In this document: piece after piece, positions 53,467 through 64,000 of the stretch | How the letters are laid out: each line of letters opens with the position of its first letter | Numbering within the stretch: the stretch's first letter is position 1 | NCBI RefSeq assembly: GCF_009914755.1 | Contig: NC_060926.1 | DNA from: the human T2T-CHM13v2.0 reference genome, Homo sapiens | Length of the DNA stretch: 64,000 nt | Reading direction: 5' to 3' (one strand) | The notes under the pieces: generated by a model | Seen by the model: the letters and a program-made list of their open reading frames with translations, nothing else | The model's database searches: none | What the model was told of the DNA's origin: nothing | Translations under genes and position numbers: made by a program

Positions 53467-54170
53467 TGCATCTCTGCTTTTACTGTCTATTCCATAGGTC
53501 AATTTTTCCCTGGGAGGACCCCGATTCTTCATATAAATATACCAGAAAGAAACTTGCACCACCAGCCTTTCAAACATACCTAAATATGTCTGAATTCTCA
53601 GGTGAACATATTTTTTGCTCAACTGAAACTTCTGTTACTGTTCAAACAAACATCTTTACCTGGCATTCTCTTGGGAATGAGTAACTAACAATGAATTTCT
53701 GGTGGCAATGAAATGGTACAGCCTATAGGTAGGAGGGCCTGCTGAGCAAGTCCTTAGAGATGTCTGTACTTTCCCAGATATAGGACTGGATGGCATTGGG
53801 GTGTTCTCTCAGAACTTTGAGGTTTGCCAAATCTAGGAAAGAATTTTGATTTTTTACGTGCTTACTTGATTTCCTAGAATGACTCCTGGATAGAAATAAA
53901 ATTGAAAGTAATTTTGTTTTTAGGCAATCCCATAGCATCACATTGCTTCTGATCTCTTCACTCCAGATAATGGAATGATGAGCTGACACAAGGCCACATG
54001 AAGCCAGGGTGAGGTAAGGCTACAAGGAGGGGCAAAGAATGAGAGATAGCAAATTTCACCAGAAAGAAATTAGGGAACAGTAAAGAGAATAAGAAAAGTA
54101 AGGAGGCAGGAAAATCTGAGTCATGGTTCTTTTACCTATAAAAGAAGTAAATTCACATGCATTTAAGGGG

Positions 54171-54194
54171 TGTGTGTGTGTGTGTGTGTGTGTG
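54171..54194. repeat. (TG)12 microsatellite
   Basis: Direct count. Confidence 0.95.
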
Positions 54195-54745
54195 AAGTAA
54201 ATAGTTGTATATGTCTGTGTTTCAATTGTTTTATCAAACCTGGAATGTTGCGCCAATGAAGTAGATCCAAAGCCTTAATTGGACTCATATTTACCTGGGA
54301 TTGCATGGGTGGGCTTTTATATTCTTTGGTGAAAAAAACCATTCCTTGAATGATAGCAAAAGAAGGGGAAACTCCCTTCATTGAATGTGCTCTCTGATCT
54401 TCCATACAAGCTTTTATGTGATTGGTAGCATCTCTTGAATTGGGATCAGGCCCTAGCAGCTGTTGGGAGAACTTGTCCCTGACCATCTTTGTTGGCAGCA
54501 ACAGGACGCTGCCCTGAGGGGGCATTGTTAACCTTCTCAGTGGTTTTCATCTTACACTCCCTCAACCTTTAGATGGATTCTTTCAGAAGTGCATTTTTTA
54601 AAGTAGCATTTGTTTATACCTGGTTTGCTAACAGGATGAGTTAAAGTCTTTGATATTCCAGTATACTGCAAAAAAACTCAGGTGATTAACAAAAAAGAGA
54701 ATCATTACATATTTACAAGAATACTGATGCTTTTGTTCGAATAGT

Positions 54746-54970
54746 ACCTTTCATTTGAAATAATTTTTGTTCTAATTTTCTCCTGTTTTCATCTATATGC
54801 CCTTTTTGCATTAATGGCACACTTCTGAATACCAGAATATTTGGAGTCACCCTTGAAGGAATTAAATTTGCATCCACAACCATCATACAACTCATGTGGT
54901 TGCCTTTGTCACTGTGTGGCTGTGTGAGTAGGGCTACGTGTTGTCCTGGGCTCGTTTCATTACGCTCTCA
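54746..54970 (+). repeat. Copy 2 of ~220-bp local direct duplication
   Basis: See copy 1 at 52913-53134. Confidence 0.93.
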
Positions 54971-57900
54971 GGAGACAAAGTTCTTCCATGTTTTAGAAGA
55001 CACTCCATTTTTATTTTGCATAGGCTTAGTGCTGCATATAATAACAATAACAATAATAATCTGTTTATTTTTTTATCCATCTTGGAGAAAGTTGTACTTC
55101 TCTTCTTATTCTGAGACTAGCTTAAAATTGTCTGTTGGACAGGTATCACTATAATTCAGTTGTAACAATCAAAGCTGCATAATGATTATAAAAAAATTGG
55201 TGGCTCACCACCAATTCAGGGTACCTAGCTATATTGTACTACCACAACAGAATAATATCATTCTAATATTAATTTGTTAATCATTTCTGATGGATAACCT
55301 TGACCCAACTTCTCTGAAAATACTCTATATTTTCAGCCAGATATACCCTTATGTGTTTCTTGATGTTGTGTTTTTATTTTCCTCCAATATCGGGGTTCTG
55401 GGGAAAAATGCTTATTTAAATCTAAATTATAATTCAAAATTGATAAAAAAAAATACATTGTATCTCTATACGTATATGTTGCGTTTATAAATAAATGATA
55501 CCCAAAGATTTGCAAATAAATCTCAGTGCCATCCTCTATATCCTTTTTGGATATGACACATGAACCATTTTAATAGGTAACTATCATGTAATAAGAAAAA
55601 CAGATCCACTTTATTAGTGCTGTCTTGTTATTTTGCTTTTCAGTATAGGATCAGAAGTGATTTATGAATAAACTTTGAAATATAGTCCAATACATTATGT
55701 CAGCTTTGTTCTTTTGAGTTTTGGCAATTGCATCCTCCATAATAAACAATATCAACAATCATATGCCGCATCACTATTGCCCAGAAAAACCCACAAAAAC
55801 CAAGTGAGCTATTACTTCTCAGCTCTGTCCTTCGCTTGAAAGATGTTTTATCAATGTTTCCTTGAATACTCGAATGCCTTGCAGGTCATTTACTAATTTT
55901 ATCATTATCTGCTTATTTGCATGCAGTAGGAAGACTGGACATTGCATACCCAGGCATGGTGCCCAGCACAAACTGTCAGGGCTGGAGTCTCTACCACGCT
56001 GTTGGCAATATGCTGTGGAGAGGCAGCCACAGAGTCAGGCTCCCACAGTAATGAGGAACATAAAAAATGATTTTTTTTAATTCTGAAAATCTTTTTGAGA
56101 GCATGCAAAGTGAAAAAGGGCAAAGTCTTTAAGAGAGAGGAAAAAATAAAGGGCTGTGAGAATTCTGTGATGGAAGAAGTTGGCACCTGGGCCAAACCCA
56201 GCATCTCTGGACTGACAAGGACTTTAGGGTACCATCAGCAGGCGGGTGTGAGTCACATGCTGGCATTTTCTCTTTCCTCACTCCTGCCTACTCACACCAT
56301 GACTCTAAATCAAAACTCAAACTTAAAAAACAAAAAGATCTCACTGTGTGTTGGATACATAATAATGTGTTTCTATCTAAACTTCTTTCTGTCCTCTAGA
56401 TTGACAATTCACACCATACAAAGCACACTGTGGATTGGCACTCCATCTAAGGAGCTCTGTAAATGACTATCCCTTATGGCCAGATCATGGAAAATGCAGG
56501 CAAGGTCCTATGTGTTAGTCCTTGCCCCAGGTATCATGCCTATGCCAGCCTGCGTACTGACTTCAACGTTGCATTGTCCAATGCTCAGTCAGAAGGCTGA
56601 GCTTGTCTCATTACTCTCCACATCTACAATGAGTTATGTAAATCCTGCCTACCTAGTATTATCTTGTGGTTCTTTTTATACCCCCAAAACATGTTGTTAT
56701 GAACTTCACTATGATGTCTCCGTTCTACTCTCTCTTCCCATGGCACAGAGATTCCTCTAAACCCAGCAGCAAAACCCAACCCCAGAAGCTGACAAAAGCT
56801 GCATAGTAGGCTCTCTTACTCATGTCTATCAGCCTCTGAATGCTGATGTGTTCTTGAAATGAGGGAGCTTTAAAAACCCTTGTTGACATCAGTCTAAGAT
56901 CTCTCTGTCTGAGGTACTATCAGGGAATTCGCAGGGCATTCATCAAAATCAAGCTGATGCAAGCATGAATACTCACAAGAAAGAGCCCTTTTATGCCGAA
57001 AACTGCTGAAGGCTGGAAAAGGGGCTAATTTATTTAAATTATCCCTCTAAGTGTCAAGCCCCACAATTTCTGGAAGGAGCTGACAACTGTGGGTTAAAGA
57101 AAGTTTTCTTAAATTTATAAATAAATTAGTGACGGTAGAAAGTTAACCTGGGAAATCAGAGTAATAGAAAAGTAATCGCCATCGATGTTGATGCAGATGT
57201 AGGAAAATACAGTTTTCTGCTATTAAGCTTTTAAATGTCAGCAAATGGCAGTTTAGTAGATCATTTGCTAATAATGATTAAATTTCTCATTAAAATGCTT
57301 CCTTCATTATTCTTCAGGTAAAAATGTGTAATTCAATGATTGTTACATCAATTACACTTAAAAAGCTCATTAAAACACTGAAATATTATCTCTCGTAGTC
57401 AGAGTACTTTGAGAGTACTGTACTAATTATAAAAGAAATAAACTCTTATAATAGCACCATTTGAACTGATGCCTTATAAATTCTTAATGTAAAGCTAACA
57501 TGTAAAGTTTAAATCAAATATATAGATCCAATAAAACGAAACCTTTTTAATCTTGTTTTACCTTCAAAAGGACTCTGATTATTGTAATTAAATAATGCAT
57601 GATATAATAAAGATCTGGAGTATGTGATTATTTCATTGGCAATTGAATATTGGTGCTTTTTATTTATGCAAGCAATGTATCACAGGCAATATGCATCAAG
57701 CATTAAAATAGTGATACAATTACACCTAGCCTGCTGAACCAATAAAAAAAATCTGTGACATGACTCTGCTGATGATACTAGGACAGTTTGAAATCCTTTT
57801 TAAATTTTAATACTCTGATGTGCTGGGTTATGCTAATTTTGCTAAGAAATAATGCCTCCAAGATTCACTGTTGTGCTTTCTATTCCTGTGCGTGAACAAA

Positions 57901-59680
57901 TCCAGCTTTGCTCAGCATAGCTAACAAGTAGAGTTTGCTTCTGTACACATTTGGCCATTGTTTCATTTTTTCTTTTTCTTTTTTGTTTTTTGTTTTGTTT
58001 TGTTTTTGAGAAAGACAAGAGAATAGTGAAGTTTGGGATTAATTTGTTTGTTTTTAGGGGTATTCATCCATATTATAATGATCTTTCTCTAATTTTCTCA
58101 TTTACTAAGTTTCACAGTTTTTTTTTTTTAAACATTCAAATGCTTTTTATCCTTAAGTCCTTTCTCAGCAGAGTAAAGGGTCAGGAAAGGTTTTCCTTTT
58201 AGCTGCTTTATTATTAAAGCCCTGGCAAGTGACTACACAAAGTTCTGAGCCCATCCCAGAAGTCCCCCAGGGACGGAATAGGTGATGGGATTTTTCTGTC
58301 ATCTGCACACCTGAGGTTCAGTCTTACATAGCTGACCCATTTTCTCACCTGTAAAAATGGACCAAAAATGCCTTTGTTGTTCTGTGTACAAGACGTAATT
58401 TAATACATAATTGTTGACTAAAAAACCCAGCAACAGAAACAGACTCTGCTCACTTGGCTGTGAAATGTTTGCATAATTCGAGGGACCTTCCTCTTTGCTT
58501 CTGAAATATTTTAGACCCCTCCCCTGCCTAGAGTGAAAGATTTTTCTGTTATCTCACCTAAGAGTGCTGTTAACATAGAAAAATGCACAGATTCCTAGTA
58601 TGATAGCTGTGCCAGGAACCAAAAAATGACCTCGTTCAACTTTCATATTTTACGGTGGTGTCATTCTAGGCGCAGAGATGTAAAGGGGATGCGTATATAC
58701 ACCCATGTCTTCTTCTGACCAGTCCCACATAGGAGTGTGATCTGATGGGATCTGCATCCTTGTCAGACCTTCTCCTCAGTGATGGTTATCTGGGCGATCT
58801 GATAAACACCCTGGTCCCTAAGAAGAAGCTGCCTGATATCTGCTTTTCCAAAGAGGTGCCAAGTATGATATGGAGCTCTGAAAGAAGTGAGAATTGTTGA
58901 GCCTGTAAACAGGGTATATACATCATAGCAATTTAATTGCATTTTAAGACCCCAGAGCTGTACTCTAGAGCCAATAACTGTGTAAGCCCCATCTTCACCT
59001 GTCCTTCCAGGGACTATAGTTCCCCTTTTAGCAATGTCAGGTATATTTCCTCCCTCTTTTCCTATGTGAATAAGTAGCAATGGCTGGCGATGATACAGCA
59101 CAGTTGATCATCCTGAATGTCTATAGGATGTCATATTTATGCTCTTCTGTTTAGCTTAAATCTTACTCAGGTTCTAATAGCAAACAGTTCAGTTACAATG
59201 GGCTGGCATTGCAAAGCATCTGCTCAATTCAGATAAATAAGACCAATGTGTTTGAAGGGCAAAGTTTCAATACAAGTGGTCTGCCATTTCATTTGGAGAT
59301 GCAATTCTTATTCAGCATAAATAACAGAGGGGAAAGGGATCATTTGCTAATTGATTAATTATCTTGTAAATGAATTACAAACCTGTGGAGTGTTAGCTAG
59401 GTGTTTGCAAAAGACCTCAGCTGCTTTCTTTTCTCCTTTGAGTCTGTAAGTACTGTACAAGTGACGATGAAGCTCTATACTCACAAAGCTGATATGTGTC
59501 ATACCAGGCTGAAGGCCGCATGCCATGATGCACTTGTTTTTCAGGGTTTGAAACCACTCGTTGTCTGATGAAGGTATGCATGTGTGCATGTTTATGTGCA
59601 TATGTGTATAAAATGAAAAGAATTAAATTTCCAGTTAAAGCAATACATGAAGTTAACAGTTCAGTTGGGGATGGGAGACC

Positions 59681-59706
59681 TTTTTTTTTTTTTTTTTTTT
59701 TTTTTT
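59681..59706. repeat. Pure T26 run
   Basis: Direct count. Confidence 0.95.
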
Positions 59707-62119
59707 GCCTTTATTTTTACATTCTATAAATGAGCAGAGTTGTGCCAAATAACAATCTTTTGTGGACTAAAAATGCCAAGGATTAAAGATCAGAGAGAGG
59801 AGTGTTCCCAAAGTGCAAACGCTGGTGTGTTTGCAGCACCTTGATAACCACAGAAGAGCCGATAATTAACATTCCTGCTTCCTAGGCAAAGGGCAATTGG
59901 CCTTCCAAAGGTGTCCCTATTTTACTGTTTCTCTCCCTATATGAAAGTAGCTGATTTAGTCAGGAAGGTGACAGTTAAGGCTCTTTGCTGGCAGAATTTT
60001 TGCATCTTTCCAGTGCCTCGTTTCCCCTGACTTTACCACGGAGGCTGTCCATCACGGTTGTTATGTATGCAGGCTGAGTGAGCCCGCAGGGGATCCTAGT
60101 TATTTACACTCTTTTTCAAGCTTCGAAGCTGTTATAATCATTCGCTGTCAACTTTGTGCTGACACTGAATTTTACTTTGTGTTTTTTATGCTCGGTTTGG
60201 GTCTAAATACTGGCACCCATACCCGACACTGTAATTCCGTGGGTGACTGAGCTGACCAGCCATGTCCTGTATTACTAACAGAGCCCTGGAATCCTGCTAC
60301 ATATGGAAATTTCAGGATTTGTTGATTGTGGACAATAAACAGAGTCCTCCGGCTTTGTGCTTTTATCCAGGTGGTGGCCCTAAAGAATCAGCAGTGCACC
60401 CTGTTTCATCTCATTACATTTTCATCTTTAAGAACACATAAGTATCAGTTTCATTTGCCCCTGAGTTGTAAAGTTGGAACAGGCAAACTTTCCCTCCGTA
60501 AAACCCAGTGTGATTTTCAGACGTTACTTCTTCTCTCCAGATCCCTGTTACAAGGAGAAGGTCTGTGATCTCCCCTTGTGGTTTTCCCCTCCCCCTTCCT
60601 TTCTATCCTCTGTGAGTCCAAATACATGCCAGATATGCATTCATGATCCAGATTAAAATAGAAGTGTTGTCCTGGGCAGTATGCATGATGAGGGACAGAT
60701 TATAAAGACCCTGGGTAAGGCCACCAGAGGGGTGGGAGCGATATGCTTTTAGACTTCATCAATAGACATTTGCATGCTCAGACTTAAATGCCCTGTGTCC
60801 CAGTCATGCGAGGAATAAACACCTTCCTTTCACTTGTGAACAACATTCTACCCATTAAGTCCAGGGCCTTAAACCTTTAATGACAGGGCAGCAAATTATT
60901 TCTCCATGTTTAAAAGGTACTGTTGCTATGCACCATCCCTGTCTTCAATATGAAAATTTCATGTACATCGGGCCCAAAGGGAGTGATCCACAAAATGATA
61001 TGACCCTATTCTTAACTGGACTTGAAATAAAGCTGGTCAAAGGAACTTGTGTGCTTGGCCAATGTAATAAAGTAGACAAATAATTACGGAGCAAATCAAA
61101 CACACTTACACCTCAGATGATTTTGAAATATTATCTATAATCGGGCACTTCTGTGCTAGGAGGAAAGGTTAATAAAGTAATTTAAAAAAGATTGTGTGGA
61201 GTATTATAGAATCAGAAGAGGACTGGCAATCATAATTGTTAATCTCCTGAAACACCAGTTCTGTATTGCACAAAGCGGATATTTTAGTGCATATTCTTAT
61301 TGTGTATTCCACTTATTGCTATATTAGCTTGCTTAATTATCCTTTTTAAAAATCTTACGTTTTTGGCACAAAAAAAGTTGATATAATTATTCTAGCAGAC
61401 CTGAAATGTGTATGTCAATCTTAAGATGTGTAGGAAAGATTGATATCTTTGAAAATTAATTGTCTTTATGTATGTCACATAGAAGATAAACATTGGAGTA
61501 GGCAATAGGTATACTCTTTCTTTCCTGCTTTTGTTTGTGTTGGATAGATAGGGGAATGGCACAAATTTTGCAGTTGGAATAAGGAGAAGTAATTCTGAGC
61601 TTGCTGGTGGTAGTTTAACACTCTTCAGATAAAGCTAAGATGTACAGTTGGGGCTTTTTCATAGAAAAATCTGTTTACATAAAACATCATCTGTTTTGAT
61701 CAAAAACTTACTGATACAAAAGTAAGTTTCAGTCATTCTTTCTTCTACTGAAGAATTCTATAGAAGGAAAAAGGGGGACCAGCAAGCATCAGAAGACACA
61801 AGCCCCACCTCCACCACTAACTAATTGTACCCCGGAGCAGATTGTTTATCCTCATCCGTAAAATAGAAATAACAATAGAGCTTCCTAGGACCTTGGAAGG
61901 ATAAATGAGAGAAGTACAGAAACTTCAAAAGCAGCATCCTTGGCTTCACTAAATTTTCCCATCATATTCATGTCATAATACTTTATGACTTATAAGTGTT
62001 TTAAAATATTTAATGTTTAGTTATGCAACTATTTTTCACTTTATGTGAAGCCCATCCTGGCTACAAATAGATTTTTAATGTGTTTCTGTACAAATAATTT
62101 GCACTTTAAATCATGCCCC

Positions 62120-62600
62120 TTGCTTGACCCTGCTGCCTCTTCTGGGGAACATTTACTCTTCTCTTTTCACTTCCCAACATCTCAAAGAGTGATATATCAC
62201 TCCTGTACTCTCACATTCACTTTATCCCTAACCTTCTTGCACTCAGCTCTGTGCCTGCCGTGCTGCTGAAGCTGACCTTGCCTTAGTCCCAGTGGCCAGT
62301 GATCACTTTTCCAGGCCATGCCTTTGACCTGTCTGCAGCACTGCCATACTGGAGCCTTAGGGCAACCCTTAGCCTCTGAGACATGAGGTGCTCCTGCTAA
62401 GCTGCCACTTCTGCTTCACATTTCTCCCTCCTCCTTCTTCCTGCCTGGAGAGGATGTGCCATGGGTTCAACCTGAGCCGTTGGCTCCTGTCTCTTCACAC
62501 TCCTTCACAGGCTCTGTCTATTCCTGAAGCTTCAAAGAGAGCCTCACTGCTGCTTACTCTGCCCAGATCCCCCTTTCAAGCCTCAAACTCCAATCGCTCA
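62120..62600 (+). mobile_element. Degenerate L2 internal fragment
   Basis: TTTGACCTGTCTGCAGCA and CTGTCTCTTCACACTCCTTCACAGG in pyrimidine-rich L2-like text. Confidence 0.45.
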
Positions 62601-62833
62601 TAAGAACATAAACAAACACATTTCTGGCTGCAGCTGTGCAGAACTCTGCAACTAGCAGGAGTTATGTAGCAGTGAGAGTGACCAGATTTGAAGAAGCCTT
62701 ATTTTAGATTGAGGTGAATTAGCGTCTTAATTCTTACAAATTGAAGCAATTGTGAAGTTGTTCACTTTTTATGGTTTTGGTGTAGAAGCAAGCAGATTTC
62801 ATAAAATGCTGGAGCCTGGTGTGCTAGAATCAC

Positions 62834-63119
62834 CTACTAAACATTGTTTCGTATAAGACTGAGGGTTCGGAAGGAGTATTCCATGCATGTGCATCAGTTG
62901 CCAGCATGGTTTTAGGACTTTGGGGATATGGCGCACACCCTGGGAGCACGGAGGACTTTCGAACGACTGAACTGGAGTGTCCATTAGTTGCTTTGTGGAT
63001 TGACATCTTCATTATTTTCCAGCAGCAAATACAACTCTTAGAATTCTTGGCAGTAACATTGGCAAGACTCCAAAAGCCAGACCTTTTGAGGAATTTGACC
63101 CAGGACAACATCGTCTGTG
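62834..63119 (-). other. Candidate spliced exon of a minus-strand, probably non-coding or UTR, transcript
   Basis: Long polypyrimidine tract then AAG/CAG acceptor at the 5' side, TAG|GTGATT donor at the 3' side, and locally retained CpGs. Confidence 0.4.
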
Positions 63120-63418
63120 CTTTCAATTAAGTAAAATTAAAAAGTGGAAAAAAAAAAAGGAAAAAATCAGAACGTACTGTTACTCTCAGGTGCTATCACA
63201 CCCCACAAAATTTGTAGTAAGCTTCTATCTGTCTCCTGAAAAGTGAGAACCTGGTCCAGTGGAGGTCATGAGAGAAGTTCAGGTCAGGTCCACAAATGTC
63301 TGATATGTGCCTTTGAAAGCCTGGCTTTTCTCTGAACGTGTCAGCTGACATTTGCTGTCTCCTACCTTCTTCTGGGATCAATACCAAATCCCTATGGAGA
63401 ACTGGATGACTTTGTCAA

Positions 63419-63438
63419 ACACACACACACACACACAC
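63419..63438. repeat. (AC)10 microsatellite
   Basis: Direct count. Confidence 0.9.
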
Positions 63439-63729
63439 AAACCTTCATGGACACAGGGTGGGATCATGGGGTGGCAGGTGGCAGGACAGGAAAACTTTAG
63501 TATGTGAAGAAAAATCGAGGGAAAAGGAAGATCTCTCTTCTCAATTTTGAAACTCAACTACCATTACCTCACATGCCCCGCTGCTGTAGTTTGTGCTTCT
63601 GGATCTAATGATGCTATTCTGTCTGGTTGCAACTTTAGGACATGAAACCTTCTATAGAATTTGCCAGATTATTAAATAGTTGGTGAAAACAGAAAGCTAA
63701 CACATTATTTTTTAGTAATGTTTTTCTTT

Positions 63730-63801
63730 GATCATATTTCCAAATAAAAGCTCTTTTATTGGATCATATTTCCAAATAAAAGATCATATTTCCAAATAAA
63801 A
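63730..63801. repeat. 20-mer GATCATATTTCCAAATAAAA present three times
   Basis: Copies at 63730-63749, 63762-63781 and 63782-63801. Confidence 0.95.
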
Positions 63802-64000
63802 ATACAGTGCAGTTCTATCTGCATGAATGAATTCTAGAGTATAGGCAGGTAACACATGATTTCAAATATGTAAATATTAGTCATACGGAAGGCCTGACAA
63901 AAATTTATTGGTGAAGTGGAATTTACTGATATCAGCTGTGGTTTGTTGATTCCTCTTTATCTCTCCCTCTTTCTTCTCTCTCTCTCTGTTCCTTCTTCTT

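Noticed and set aside
63730-63801. CRISPR-like repeat-spacer pattern
   Set aside because: Primate DNA, only three 20-bp copies, spacers of 12 and 0 bp, and no cas genes.

Overview
This is AT-rich, CpG-depleted primate (human-like) non-coding DNA, either a long intron or a gene desert. I cannot support any protein-coding gene, RNA gene, CpG island or CRISPR array, and I could not identify the locus. The ORF track is noise apart from decayed LINE-1 ORF1/ORF2 and MaLR-internal remnants. Recognisable repeats include AluY/AluS/AluJ/FRAM, many MIR and L2 fragments, hAT DNA-transposon relics (MER91A, Charlie4/MER102, MER1B, MER20), MaLR/ERVL LTRs and a full-length THE1-type element nested in an old minus-strand L1 (about 45-51 kb). 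Two long transposon-poor stretches (about 10-24 kb and 55-62 kb) carry motif-dense blocks resembling conserved developmental enhancers. The features not explained by repeats are: a ~168-bp, ~94%-identical inverted repeat around a ~940-bp spacer (24437-25712), a ~220-bp direct duplication with octamer motifs (52913-54970), an 83-nt hairpin (18220-18302), a candidate minus-strand exon (62834-63119) and several template-switch micro-rearrangements. I found no evidence for a novel multi-gene system. Repeat family names come from recalled consensus sequences and most boundaries are approximate.
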